64,000 bases of DNA. Origin: Lytechinus pictus (lineage: Eukaryota). The translations under genes and the position numbers were made by a program. Below the pieces are notes generated by a model that saw only the letters and a list, made by a program, of their open reading frames with translations, did no database searches and was not told the DNA's origin. Positions 39,219 through 54,394 of this stretch are shown here, piece by piece. The DNA lies in assembly GCF_037042905.1 (NCBI RefSeq), contig NC_087245.1:5830001-5894000 (forward strand), written 5' to 3'. The stretch's first letter is position 1. Each line of letters starts with the position of its first letter.

Positions 39219-40338
39219 ATTAGCTGATCATATGATTATACAGACTTCAATAACAACGATAAAAAAAATCACTCAACTACAACGTAAAGGAGGGTGGTAT
39301 CTATAATGCCTAAATACAATTTGTTTACAAACAAACTTGATGAATAACTGTTTAAGATAAATTGCCTTGATTTTGACTTTAAAAATTATTTAATGAAACT
39401 GATTGCTTGATATCTACAGAAACAGAAATCGAGAGGTTGAGGCCCTTCAAATAAAACTGTGATTTTAAAACAGAGTCTTTGCTTAGGATGATGAAAATCA
39501 CTATTGAGCTTGAAGAATGTTTCTATATAATCTGGCAAGACGTTAATGTTACATAAATACATAAATATAAGAATTTGAAATACATAAAAACCATAAAATT
39601 TTATACATTTAATTCAACAAACAGAGTTAGGGTTAGATTCGTATAGGCAAGGTTAGACGAATGAGACACAATTCTTATTGCACGCAGTTTTGTAAAATAT
39701 ATAAACTACTGATGTGAATGCTATTTGCACTTCCCCAGGCAAGAATACCATAATTGAGGTATGGATATACAATGGCATAATACATCATTTTCAAAATCTC
39801 CTCGGGAAATGATCTTAAACTATACATAATTCCTATCTTTTTTTTTTGAAGATTATTGCACAGACTATCAATGTGCTTTTCCAATGAAAACTTCTGATCT
39901 ATTGTTATATCTATAAAATTCACTGGCTATACACACTTCACATCTGTATTGCACAATATAATTGAAAGATCATCTGGTAAAAATAAATTGCTAAAAATCA
40001 TGCAATTGGTTTTTTGTCATTTTATTTGCGTAAAACCACTCATATATTAATTCAAGTTCGGAATTGAATAGATTGTGAGATAAAACAGACTAGTATCGTC
40101 AGCAAACATAGTACAATGTAATAAGTTTGATGCTTTACATGCTTTACAAAGATCATCAATAAAAAGAAGAAACAACAGCGGTCCTAAACTATAACCCCGA
40201 GGAACCCCACATGAGATCGTCTTAAGCTGTGATTTGGATTTAGATATTTCAGTTTATATTTGATTAATAACTTTTAAATAATTTAAGTACAGTATCTCTA
40301 ATGCACAGTCATGCAATCCTAGTTTATTCAGTAATATA

Positions 40339-41449
40339 CAGTGCGTATCAAAAAAAATTTTACACTTTGAAAAAATCCTGTAAAATTATACATTTGTAAT
40401 ATCCTGAAGATTTTTCCACATTTTAACATTGGTACAGATCCATTTAAGCAAATGAAAATATAACTGTCGAAAAATATTTCCGCTTGAGCGAGCACCACTT
40501 ACTTTTGAAAAGTTAGTGAAAAATGATTTGCGCAGAACTTTGAAATAGTTATCGAATAAAAGTAGACCTTAATCATGAAGAACACGTGGAATTTAGCTAG
40601 TAAAATTGATTGTGCACTTTTCGTGCGGGATTGAAATGAATCCAATGACCGGGGTAATAATATGCTGTAACGCACTTTGAGCCATTCTGGGAAAAGCGCT
40701 TTATAAAAATTTGCTATTATTATTATTATTATTTGAAGATATCTTTTACCTGCTTTGACGTGTTTCCTTGCCCAAAACACTTCGAAGAGTGCATTTCGCC
40801 CCACCCCTCTCCCCCACACACCGAGGCCATCGTGACGATATTTGCTTTACACTGAGCTCTGATTTACACGGAATGGCTTAAGCTTGATTTTCATTTTGTT
40901 AATCATTGCCAAGCTTGGGAAAAGTGTAGAGAAACAATTATTAAATGAAAAATGAAATGTAAACCCACTTTAAATGATAAAAACTTAGTGAAAAATGCTG
41001 GAGATGTCTGATATAAACTTTTGTTCAGATTCAGGTATGTCCTCAGATCCAGCTGGCACAAAAAGGGTATTAAGGTTGTGCTTACTAAGTGTTGAAATTT
41101 AAATTTGGGTGGCAAGATTGTTACAAAATGCTTGAATGTATCCGTTTTATTTCAATTGACTAAAAGTACAAGGGAAATGTATGAAAAATGTTTCACAGGG
41201 TAAGTTTAATTTCGCCCTTTCCTCTTGAACACAGCGTGAAAACGAGCATTTCTGCGCAAACAGATTTCTGCGAGCTTTACAAAAATGGACAGTGCTCACT
41301 CAAGTGTAACATTCTGACAAAAACTTTTACTTTCATTAGATAGATGAGACTTAAACCCAAGATTATATGTGAAAAAATAACCCATATATTGTATATTTTT
41401 TAAATCCCAGGGCTTTTTCGAAGTGTAAACTTTTTTTTGATACGCACTG
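40339..41449. mobile_element. Tc1/mariner-like MITE, TA TSD, inserted in the LINE RT
   Basis: TA|CAGTGCGTATCAAAAAAAATTTTACACTTTGAAAAA versus TTTTTCGAAGTGTAAACTTTTTTTTGATACGCACTG|TA. Confidence 0.9.
40611..40732 (+). mobile_element. SINE/L2-type 3' end inserted in the MITE
   Basis: GACCGGGGTAATAAT...CACTTTGAGCCATTCTGGGAAAAGCGCTTTATAAAAAT followed by (TAT)n. Confidence 0.7.
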
Positions 41450-41527
41450 TAGTGTGATCAACTGTATGAGAGCCTTCTTCAAATCTAAAAACATTGCAAT
41501 CATATATTTCTTATCATCGAGAGCATT

Positions 41528-41718
41528 GGGGCAATTCCATAAAATAATGTACGTCCGACCCCCATTTCTCTCAAGTTTTACTTCACTTCATAAACTGACC
41601 AAGTCATGGTTCTTTGAGAACATTACAGACTGTCAAAAGAACCAGAAATCAGAGACAGAAAAATGTCATGAATGTCCAACATAGGGGATCGGACGTAAAT
41701 ATTTTATGGAATTGCCCC
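41528..41718. mobile_element. Small MITE inserted in the LINE
   Basis: GGGGCAATTCCATAAAATA..TACGTCCGA versus TCGGACGTAAATATTTTATGGAATTGCCCC; removal restores the VHTVTNALDDK frame. Confidence 0.9.
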
Positions 41719-43089
41719 TTGGTAACAGTGTGGACACAGTCAAGAGCCGAAGAAGTTGAATGACCAGCACGAAAACCGTATTGATGTAGAGATAATACAT
41801 GCATATTGCACTTAATCATAAAATTGATTATATACTTTTCTATTTTTTTGAAAAAATTGGCAAGACTGATGTGGGTCTGTAATTTGAAACATTTTCACCT
41901 GGACCATCTTTCTATACAGGGACAACACGAGCAATCTTTAATTCATCAGGAAATATACAGAGGTCTAAACATTGATTAAATATTGCACAAAGGGGTTGAC
42001 ATGAAATTTGAATTTCTTTGTAACCTTAATACTTACAACATCACTCCCAGGACTGCAATCACCTTTTTTTATGTTTGACACAATATAATTGATCTCGGTA
42101 CATGATGGTTTGAAAAAGGGCCTTGAATTTTTATACAAATATCTACAAAATTTCAAAATTTAAATTGTTGCCTTGATCAACACGAGATATCAATTCATTT
42201 GCAATATTAATGAAATATTCATTAAATGCATTACAAAAGCAGAGGTATCATAATCCCTAAACATTAGATTTCAAAATAAATCAATATTGCACATTTTATT
42301 TGCATGACCTACTGCACAATTAACGATATCCAAGTGTTTTCATATTTATTTTGATGTTGCAAAGCTTTCCATGAAATATTTTTTTGTTGCGGCTTGTTTA
42401 ATCATATATTACTGACATTTTATGTATACTTCTTTTCGATATGGTGTTAGATTTTTTAGATAAAGTCGAGACAATTACATTTTTTTTCTTTGACAACGAC
42501 ATTTTTTCTTTTACAACTTTTGACAACTTACGAACATCAAAATTTGCCCATTGTTTATTAATTTTAGTGCGTTTTTTTTCTTCAAAATTTTACCCCTAGG
42601 GAAAAATAAGCTATATACATTTAAAAACTTTTCAAAAAAATACACGTTATTAGCATTTGTACTGTTATTATGTCAAGACCAATTAATTGACCATTAGAAG
42701 GGATAAAAAAAAAACAACCTTAATACTATTATGATTGATTATTCGAAGCGGTTTATCCTAATTTTGCCTTGCTTTGATATAATTCCAGCTAATAGAGTAT
42801 ACAGGTAAATTATCACTGTCTTTGTCTACATGTATATCATTAGTGATTATATTATCAAATAAATAAATTGTATTATCCGTGATCCTGGTAGGATGCGCTC
42901 TGTTTGTTTAATTGATAGATTATTCAGATAATCTTGGCAGGTAATCAGCTTAGTAAATAAATTTAAATTGAATTCTCCATCACGAAATCGGGGTTCAGCG
43001 CCCCCCCCCCCCGTGTGATCTGTGGTTCGACCACGTGACACCTCACAAATCTCTATTTTAAGGACAAATATGAACGCATAATCGCTATA

Positions 43090-46000
43090 CAGTGCGTTCC
43101 AAAAAAAACTATATACTTTTGAAATGGCTGCCAAATAAAAAATATAGCGCTTTCGGGAAAAACACTTACATAATATGGAAGCCAATTAAGTCAACTTTCA
43201 CATGACACAAAAAAGTTGGGAAACTATGAACTTTAATGCACGAGTGAACACAAATTACACTTTTTGGGCAGCATTTCAACTTTATCATTTGGATCTCTTT
43301 TTGGGCAGCATTCCAACTTTATCATGTGGATCTCAGCAATGTGTTCAAGGGAGTCGGGAGAATAGGGGGTGAGAATTCAGTGGCGCAACAGGCGGGGGGG
43401 GGGGCAGGGGGGGCAAGCTGCCCCCCCTGGCGGAGCTCACCGGGAAAAAAAAACGGGAAAAAGAAAAAAAAAGGGGAAGAAAGGGAAAAGAAAGAAATAA
43501 GGGGAAAGGGGAAAGGGAAAGTAAAAAGAAAACTAAGAGAAAACATAAAAAATGGAAAACGGAAAGATAACGGGAAAAGGAGGGAAAAAAAACAAGTGAG
43601 AAAGAACAATTCGCCCCGATATACAAATACATTAGCATGATTAGTAAGACAGGGAAATAAATTAAAGATGACAAAAAGGCAAACAAAAGCGGGAAATAAA
43701 GGCAGAATTGAATTAGCCAAAATCTAAATTGGAAAATAAAGAATAGGGACAAGATAACGTACACTACCGGGCTGCAGAGGATTGAGATAACGAGCGGGAA
43801 GAAATATTGATGGTAAATAGCATAATGTCGTATGAAAGTCTATCATAAACTTGCTAAAGGCTCTGTCCAAGAGTCAAGACCCCGTGCAGTGGGGGCTCTT
43901 CATCTGTAACCTATAATGGGTTCTATAACGGGCCCCTATATGGACCCTTCCTGCATTCAGCTTTACGTTGAAGCACTGGCGTACCGGGGGGTGGTTCCAC
44001 AGCCAAGGGGAAATAAAAGAAAATAAAGGAGGCAGCGAAATGAGATGAATGAAAAAAAATATATGACATGATATTTGCTATAATGATGTAAAAATCTATC
44101 ACACAATTAGAATTTCATTTTAACAGGCCTTTTTTCTGGCTCGCTTCGCTCGCTGGCAACTTTTTACAAATTTTCCCCACATTTGCTATGATGTGCTCCT
44201 CAAATTATTTGGATGATTTCGATACACAACTGCATTGAATTTATGTGTTGTGTTAAAGCTATATAAATATACACGCAATTTGATTAAAATAAGTGGCCAT
44301 CTGTAAGGTTTAAAATGGCTTTGATATCAAGAGGTTCCGGAGCTCTGCCCTGGACCCCACCCATAAAGCACTGTTATATGGATGAGTTTGGACAATGGCC
44401 CCCAAAAGTTCTACTACCAAAAAAAAAAAAATGAGGAAAGAAAGGAAAGTGTATTATATTTTTCTGAATATCACGTTAAAATCTATCTTCATGTTAGATT
44501 CTCATGAAAATGTGATTTTTTTTATCTCGCTCGCTTCGCTCGCTCGGGACCTATATTAAGCTACTTCTTGCCAGAAGCGCCATACTCGGCCCCCTCGAGC
44601 ATATAGAGCTTCGCCCTGATGCTCAAAATCATAACAAAAATCCTGTTCACCGTGGCGTACAAAAAAAGAGAGAAAAAAGGAAAGAGAGGAAGGTGAATAT
44701 GATATCATCTTTTTAACACTTTGTCAAAATCTATCACAAAATTGGATTTTTGCAATAAAAATGTTAAAAAATGATTTGCTCGCTCGCTTCGCTCGCTCGT
44801 TTAGTTATATATATATATATATATTTGCCAGATACGCCATATCGCCCCCTCAAAATTTTTGCCTTATGACGCAATTGCCTGTTCCATGATATGACCGGGA
44901 AATTTTTGGCTCTTGCCCCCCCCTGGCCACCGACCCCATTTACGCCGCTGGGTGAGATAGGGCTTAAGTGGGAGAAATAGGTTGATGGAATAAGGGTCAA
45001 CAGAACATTCTGCCCCGCCCCCTCCCTATTTCCTGCCCTCCCCTCATGTTGAGAGACTGATGGCTATTGTCATGTACGCGTGAAGTCCAGAGCAGAATGT
45101 TGATTTAATGATAAATTCTGAATTGGGGCATCAACTTTTTCCTATCAATCATTTAATCAACAATTTGTCAGTAAATCAACTCATTAATGTGCAATGTGAT
45201 CAATCAAACTTTCATTTTTTGTCAATAAATTATTTCATTAATCATTATAATCAGTAAATTTCTTGGTAATCATTCAATAAAAAAAAAACTGACCATCAGC
45301 CACCGGTCACTTGGCAGTTTTAAATAGGCTTCAATCCAGGAAGTGAGACCGTGAGAGAGAGGGGGGGGGGCTGGGAAATGGAGGTGGAGGGTACATATGA
45401 TATTTAATTTGTAAAAGGACAAAAAGAAGAGGAATGCCCTTTTAACCAAGTCTTAGCATATCTCGCCCTCTTGCTTGTAACAGGTACCATTACATTACTC
45501 TGACTCTCACGAACACTTTTCTGAGGTCCACAAGAAGAAAATGCTACACTAAATCTACAATTCCTGTTCACACTAAATTTACAATTCCTGTTCACTTACG
45601 CATTAAATTTCAATTAAGTAACTTATGAAATTTGCCTAAGAAACCAAGACTTATCTCACTCATTAATTTAGCTTAACACCCTTAGCTTTGCAAGTTCCAA
45701 AGGACTAACCACTCAAAAAACTGTACGGCTAATTCCTGCCCAGCCTAGCTGAGCTTAGTCTCTCAGGAGGAGAGAAGGGGGGGGGGGGGTAGAGATGGAG
45801 GGAGGGGCTGCTAAATGTTCTGTTGACCTTTATCCCATCAACGTATACTTCACCTACCCAAGTCCTATCTTACCCCCTATTCTCCTTATTCTCATGAACA
45901 CATTGCTGAGATCCACATGATAAAGTCAAAATGCTGGACTAAAAATTGCAATTCATGATCACTCATGCATTAAATTTTAATTTAATAACGCATGAAATTT

Positions 46001-46298
46001 TCGCAAACAACAAACTGATCACAACTGATCATTAATTCACCAAATAACCCTCAACTTTGCAAGTACCAAACTAAAAAACCTGAAAGAAATTGGAAGGCTA
46101 TTTCCGGCCCACTCTTATTTTCATACCCTTTGTTTCAGTGGGCAGTACTCGCTCAAGCATGAATAGTTTTCCAACTTTTTGGTGTCATTTGAAAGTTGAC
46201 TTTATTGGCTTTCCATATATATAAGTCTTTTTCCCCTAAAATGATACATTTTTTATTTGGCAGCCATTTCAAAAGTGTATAGTTTTTGGGACGCACTG
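43090..46298. mobile_element. Tc1/mariner-like non-autonomous element with long TIRs, TA TSD
   Basis: TA|CAGTGCGTTCC...ACTTTTGAAATGGCTGCCAAATAAAAAAT versus ATTTTTTATTTGGCAGCCATTTCAAAAGTGTATAGTTTTTGGGACGCACTG|TA; inner arm 43310-43375 plus 44951-45010 pairs with 45815-45935. Confidence 0.9.
43378..44950 (+). mobile_element. hAT-like CAGTGGCG-terminated element, copy 1
   Basis: CAGTGGCGCAA...TTTACGCCGCTG; GGTGAGA duplicated on both sides; homologous to 53031-54310. Confidence 0.8.
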
Positions 46299-47408
46299 TA
46301 TATGTCTGGAAAAAAGTATCTTCTCCCAAATAAGTCTTCACGCTTTGATAATCAGTTGGTATTGATTGCAGTGATGTAAATTTTGACTTGAGCCAAAGTA
46401 AATCAAGACTGCAATGAATCCAGATGCCAATGATGTCAAAATCCTAAATGAGTTAGTAAACATATTTGCTAGTCCATTTTTAACGAAACTAACTTTAGAC
46501 TTGATACTAAAATCTGCTTATTAAACAATTACAATGTACTGAAAAGGCGTGTTGAAATGAATTTTAATGCAACTCTTTATATCTGGATTCATTCATTGCA
46601 GTCATGCCGTAATTTGGCGCGCGCAAAACAAAATTTACATCGCTGCAAAGAATACCAAGCGTTAACACGTACCACAAAAATATGGTATCAAATAATTTTG
46701 GAGAACATAATATTTCACGCCATATATAACTATGTGTTCATGGCATAATATAAGCCAGTTCGTTGTTCCTTTCTGCGCATGATCAAAAGATTCTACGCAT
46801 GATCAGAGGATGGTCATTTGTATTAAAGTGACATGGTGGTTTAAAATCTAATGAGATAATCACCAACTTTGATGTCTTGAATATTCATATATTCTTTTGA
46901 ATTGTGGTTTGTTCATTGGTGTGCTATTCTAGTCACCTGGTCTATTCAATTTCTTCATCTTGCTATGTAAGGCAAGCTTACGTAATATCTTGCTTTGAAA
47001 TCTGCCTATCATAAAGAAATGAAAGGTCATCTGACAAAAATTGTCCATGAAGTAACTACGGACTGGTCTATTTGTCCTTGAATTTGGGATTTGTGAGGTT
47101 TCCTTGAATTTTGGATTTGTGAAGTTTTTTTTTTTACTCACACGGTAGATGATCTAAGAAGTTCCTTGTTGATCTGAAGGGGGCGCTAAAGCAATAGGGT
47201 AGTTGAGTTATAGAGCGTGTTTGAGTTCCGGCGAACCACATGTATTTTTACAAAACACAAATTATTTTCTCATTAAAAATATTGGTGCTACAGCTTACAG
47301 TTATCTAACATCATTCTTCGGTGTCTTTCATTCATTCGAACAAATGAATCTGTAACACATATAATCTAACCTGACTCCTGATTAACATAAAAACGAGATC
47401 GGATTATA

Positions 47409-47460
47409 CAGTGCGTCCCAAAAAATGAGAACTCGTCTTTAGAGCCAGATCTCAATTATT
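47409..47460 (+). mobile_element. Solo Tc1-like left terminus
   Basis: TA|CAGTGCGTCCCAAAAAA; no partner end seen. Confidence 0.4.
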
Positions 47461-49230
47461 AAATACGTTTAGTTAATTAATTTAACATCATTTGACACTG
47501 GATATTCAACTATTCTAGGTCATCTATGCGTGAACTATTCATATCATATTTGGTATCGAAATGAAGAAAAGCTTAATTTTATGAGTATGTAAATGACAAA
47601 CCGTAAATCATTACGCTATGTTGAAAATATAACTGGCTATCCCGGATTCGTTTCTTTGTATAATGTATGATATATTTCCCATTTCAATTATAAAGTATTA
47701 ATTTTGATGATGAAATAACTATTTTCTCCTTCATGTCCTTGCTCACTCTGCTCGCTCGTATATCATAATCCGTTTAATTTCAGAAGCAAATGGTTCCCTC
47801 CCATGTAGAAAACGGATTGACGCCCGTGATACAGTCTTGATTGAAGCTTATAATCTATCTATGTATGAGTAAAAGTGATATAAACCAAATATTGTCTCAT
47901 TTAATACACATATTGTAAAGCCTACAATAAATTCTATGTTAAAATGTATTTCTTTGATATATGTGAACTAGTAGTTTCAGTTGCTACAACAAAATGGGCC
48001 TACAAGTAATTTAGTAACTAGTTGATCCTTGCCTGATAATAGCTTTCAATGACTGATACCCAGTTACTGAGATGGGTAAAAAAATATTGGCTAACGTGCA
48101 TCATCGGTAAACATTACCCTACCCTTTTTGCTCGCAGTTCAGAAAATTTTGTTCACCTGAATTTCTTGTTCAGGAACTTTAAGATTCTTATTTATATCCA
48201 GATAATGGAAATTTATATAAATGAATAGGCCTACTTGCTTCACTGCGATTGTGAGATTATTGAATCTAAAATTACATATTTAACTAGAAGGTTTTTTAAC
48301 ATTAAAAGATCAGGTTTGTTTATTTCTGGGAGATGCATAGATATCTTTTTTAAATTATATACTTTACTATGCAACGCATCGCACGTACAACAATATGGCA
48401 TGCATTCAACACAAACATTATCTGACCGATTTATTTTGCATGACGTACACCATCGATCGGTTTGAAGCCTTTTATCATATTTTCGCAATATCGAATACTT
48501 TACATCGATACCCATTCTATGCGGCAACTATGGAAACAGTCGATTCCATAGTTACCTTATTCTCACAAAATCTACTGATGCATTCACGTCTGTTCACCAT
48601 CTGTATACTAATATATTTTTCCCATTTGTTTCAGCATGAATATTATTATTACTAATAATATGAATAGAGTGGTCTACTGTTTGACATGACTCTATTCTCG
48701 TTCATTATATACCCTCTTTCATTTCAAATGTTAAATTGTTTGTGCACTCTTTGCTGCTGTTCATGATAATACAGAAGGGTACCAATTTGGTTTCTCCTCT
48801 CAAAATTACAATGAAAAGTGAATTCATCTATTAATTTCATTTTTTTTTTAACACAAGAAAATTCCAAGATGCCGCCAAAAGTTTTCTACCGCAATGGGAC
48901 ACGAATCGGCAATGAAAGCTTCAAATTCCAATAACTAAACACTTAAAGAGTTAGATGAAATTGAAAGTGCCCTCCGATGATGATGCAAGGGGGTCTTATT
49001 TCCGAATCGACCATAAGATATCCTACTTCAGTAAATTAATATTAAGAAATGTTGATGTTATTCAACCCTTTGAATGTATTTTTCTTCTTATAAATGTGTT
49101 TTTAAATGATCTTTTATTCTCTTCTCTCATCAAACAAATTTCAACATAGTAAAGTATTACATTCATGATCATAAATTCAAAACGGTATTAAATCAAATTA
49201 CATCATAATTACAAAGCTTGGTTTGAACGT

Positions 49231-49309
49231 AGAAGAAGAAGTAGAGGAAGAAGAAGAAGAAGAAGAAGAAGGAGAAGAAGAAGAAGAAGAAGAAGGAGAA
49301 GAAGAAGAA
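49231..49309. repeat. (GAA)n microsatellite
   Basis: Directly visible. Confidence 0.9.
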
Positions 49310-49974
49310 AATTAAAGGAAAAAGGCTAGATTATGGAATGATTTCTTCGATAATATGTTAAAAATATGTTATAGAATTTGATTTCCGATTAACAACTGTC
49401 ATTTTCGTTCATTCACTTTGATAACTCACGACTATTTGAAATTTTCTCAGATGTGTCTTGCTCTGTCCTTTCAAGTTTCTTTTTATTACGCCTCTGATGG
49501 ACCATTATCATTCCTACCTTTGCCAACGCTGCTTAATGTTTGTTTTCAGTAAGATTGGAGCGCTAGCTACAGGAATACTCTCTCTTTTTATTTTCTATAA
49601 ACATTGTAGCATTTCATATTAACACGATATTGTTTAGAAACGAGATACTACATCCACGCCCGTGCCTTAAAATTCCTGAGAATTGATGAATTACATAATA
49701 ATTGCCCTTTTTCTGTTGGTCAATGCTAGTTTTCGACTTTTTATCTATTCTCGAAAAAGTGCACGAGGGGGGGGGGGTGTAATTCAAGGCTCGATAATTA
49801 TATCAAAACTTACTTACAGACTGAGTTTTCCCCGATAAAAGTTTTTTGTTTGAATCGGATAAAATGCTGAACGATGTTCCCTTTCTCTTATTTCTTTCAT
49901 TGATTTTTTTAATGAAAAATTTATATATTTTTTACCGACTCTAACTGGGCGTTGCGGCGTGCGCCTAGCTGTAA

Positions 49975-50125
49975 TACCTCAGTCATATTTGCTCTACGGC
50001 TGCCGTAAGGCGAGTCGAAAACAGCGTTTTATTCATACCAATGCACATGTAGCTATTACCAAAAAATGTTAAAACGGCTGTTTTCGACTCGCCGTACGGC
50101 CGCCGTAGAGCAAATGTGACTGATA
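49975..50125. mobile_element. Harbinger-type MITE, TAA TSD (family of 17660)
   Basis: TAA|TACCTCAGTCATATTTGCTCTACGGC...GCCGTAGAGCAAATGTGACTGATA|TAA. Confidence 0.85.
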
Positions 50126-52506
50126 TAAATTTTCAAATGTTGACGTTGATTTGTTAATATTGTCATTTAGTTAAAAAATTATTGTTTAAACTACGATAAT
50201 AACATTATTTGGGTCTAACCTCGATTAGCATCTTGCTATTATGTTAGCTTCAATTACCAAATGTTTTGTTCATATGTGATGTACGATATATGTAATTATA
50301 CCTGACAGTGAGATTTGGTAATAAATTCTATACCCGTCTGACAAACCCAAATTACATACGCACACACAAAGCCATTGAGGTTGCGTTTAAAGTCCTAGCA
50401 ACCCTATAATAGAAAATACCCGTTACGTAATACAATAATGAATTCAATCACTGCCTGTGTATACTTTTCTCAGCGTCATTCACTCTGAATACAAAGGCGC
50501 CATTTGAACCGTTGCAACGCGTTGGTTTGTGCACTACACTTGTCAACGTTAAAAAGATAATAAAAAAACATTTTTTTTTTCAAGATCAATACACGACATC
50601 TGACTGAATGTATACCAGATGAATTTCATATACAAAAATAGGCTAAATTAAAAATATATAAAATATTATGTACTTTGCTTTTATCAGAAAAGACAATTTA
50701 CCATCCTTCTCTTCCTCTCACACATCCCCCTCTCCCTCTATCCCTCTCTCTTTCTCTTCTCCCTTGATTACTCACTCTTACTGGCCTACAATAAAATATA
50801 AAATTAATAAAACATGAATATTCAGAGATGAATTAGTCACTAATCGAGATAATATAAATTTGATTCTCAAATCCCAACCATCTGCAATAATCTTCAGTCC
50901 TGAAGGAGGCAGATTTAACCTGAAGAAGAAGAAGAAGGGAGATGAAATGATTAGATCTATACACGTTAATTACTGCCGTGAACGTTACAATAGCATCATG
51001 ATCGTGGACTCTGGTTACCTGCTATTCTTTAAGTATATCTTCTCTGATGATACAAGTCAAGTAATATCTCCACCATCGACTGAAAGTAATGAAGTAGAAA
51101 CGCAACGTGATGCACATTTATGCAAAAACCTGTATATGCAATCACATATTCACCAGTTGAGAAAGCAGTTGAATACCACTGTTCAATTCTACTATCCGAG
51201 GCCTTTCTCATTGTTTGCTATTGGAACAGTAGGAATTGCGGCGGCGCTCTTCAAATGTGGGAAAGTTGTTGTTGTTGTTATTTTTAATAGGCAAAACAGT
51301 CAGGTATGACTATTGTTGCCTTGTTAATTTATTGTTGCCTTGTTAATTTATTGTTGCCGTGTTAAAGAATCATCCTTCCCTCTAAAATGCTTTAAAAAGC
51401 TATACAAGTGTTCGTGACAACTCAAAGACAATCGTACATAATGGAATAGCAGAGACAAGACAATGTGCATCGTATTGATTTACAATGAGAACATTCTACA
51501 AAGCCGTTACAACGTGTTCTAATATGATCGTAGACATAACAAACACAAATAATTTGCGCTCCTTGTGCGCCCACCCACTTCAAAAATATAGACCTATTAT
51601 ATCTAATATCACTATATGGCGGCCTTATACCATCATGACCATATCACATCTGAAAAATCTGTCTGAGAATCTATTTCAAGTTCGCTAAAAAGTTATTTCC
51701 CTGGTATCGAATATGTGGATATAATACCCCCTCCAATATTTCAGTTAGGGACGGCCTACGCTACGCTGTAAAAAAAAATATTTAAAATTACTCAATAAAA
51801 TTGAGACGAAAAATCCCTTAATTTTTTCAATTATTTTTAAGTTAGGCAGTTTTTTGTAAAATTTATTTATTTTCTTTGCATCCATTTTACTCGAGTAAAT
51901 AAAGTTACAATAACTTAATTCAATTAAGTAAAACAATCACTAAAATATTAACCCTAAAATGGGGGAGTGGACTTTCGTGATTCGAAAGTCCGCTTCCCCC
52001 ATCGTCCCACTTTCAGTGGCATCTTTTTACAAATAGACTTTATGCATTGTCCTTTACCTGTGCATGATAATTACTGACATTTATATTTAAATGCGACCGG
52101 TTCATCCTAACAATTAAAACAGTGAGAATAATATTAGTATTTTTTCTGAAAACCTCAAAAGAAATCTGAAATTTACTGATGAGTGACTATTTAATGTTGC
52201 TCTTTCTTTGATTCAACAAAAGAATAAAATATTTTGCACACCCTAATCCAAAACAATTTCCAACACAAAAAGATATGACAGTTATTCAAATACGTTAAGC
52301 ATTTACTTGCTCTTAATGAATATTCAGGTATTGCATAATTAAGGCGTTAATTGAAAAATAAAAGTACATTCAATGTGATTTTATAAGTAATAATTATCTT
52401 TGCCTAATTGGAGTTAGATTAAGGGCCTACTTAATCGAAACAAGCTAGCAATACGTGAATTTTCGTAATAAAATAAATCAAATAAATCAAGTAAATTAAG
52501 ACAAGT

Positions 52507-52989
52507 TAAGGTCACAAAACGCCAAATTAGCCTGCTCGGCGACCGGGCGGCGAGTTTTTAGCCAATTTCGTCCGGGCACCGAGCGGCGGCCGTCCGGGCA
52601 CCACTGGTTCTTGAGGCTTCGCTCAGTCGCCGCTCAAGATTTAGTGCGGAGTTAAAATTTTGGCGGCGCCTGCTCACTTTTCGCTCGGTGCCCGGGTGGT
52701 CGCCTTCCGGGCGCCGACGTAATCGAGCGGTCGCCGTCGAACGATTTAGGTAAAAAATTGAACTCGTTGGATCAAAGGCTGTCGAGCGGTCATCGGTTGG
52801 TCGCCGACGACGATTTGACCCAGTTTTGGCCTTGAATAATGGGTAATCGACAGGGCACCGCTCGGCCACCGTTACGTCTTTTTACAGCCCGCTCGACTTC
52901 TACAATGATCGTTGGGCGATGCCTAAATTCCAGCGGGGCCCGAGCAGGCTACTAATCGGTCGGTCGCCGCTCTGAGTTATGACTGAAGC
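52507..52989. mobile_element. GC-rich Harbinger-like MITE whose right end is interrupted
   Basis: TAGCCTGCTCGG (52528) and CCGAGCAGGCTA (52940) are inverted; sequence resumes as ACTGAAGCATAA after 54394. Confidence 0.6.

Positions 52990-54394
<1,405 letters not shown>

Larger units (their letters stand above)
39440..42800 (-). mobile_element. Degraded CR1/L2-group LINE ORF2 (RT), interrupted by two MITEs
   Basis: Minus-strand motifs KIARVVPV, QYGFRAGHST, DLKKA..TVDHTILLNKL (rejoined across the MITE), CGVPRGYSLGPLLFL, MFADDTSL, YPYLNYGILAWG. Confidence 0.85.
43011..47146. mobile_element. Outer host MITE (family of 13921-14497), split by nested elements
   Basis: 43033-43089 and 46301 onward rejoin to match 13941-14190; right terminus TTTTTACTCACACGG|TA. 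Confidence 0.75.

Noticed and set aside
43322..43764. Lys-rich and Phe-rich ORFs
   Set aside because: They are purine-tract low-complexity sequence within a MITE.
50860..51309. 149-aa ORF ending near a CAG|GTATGA donor
   Set aside because: Non-ATG start, no recognisable domain, and it includes simple repeats; it could be a UTR exon but this is unsupported.
51311..51363. Short 20-bp tandem duplication
   Set aside because: An ordinary slippage product with no further structure.
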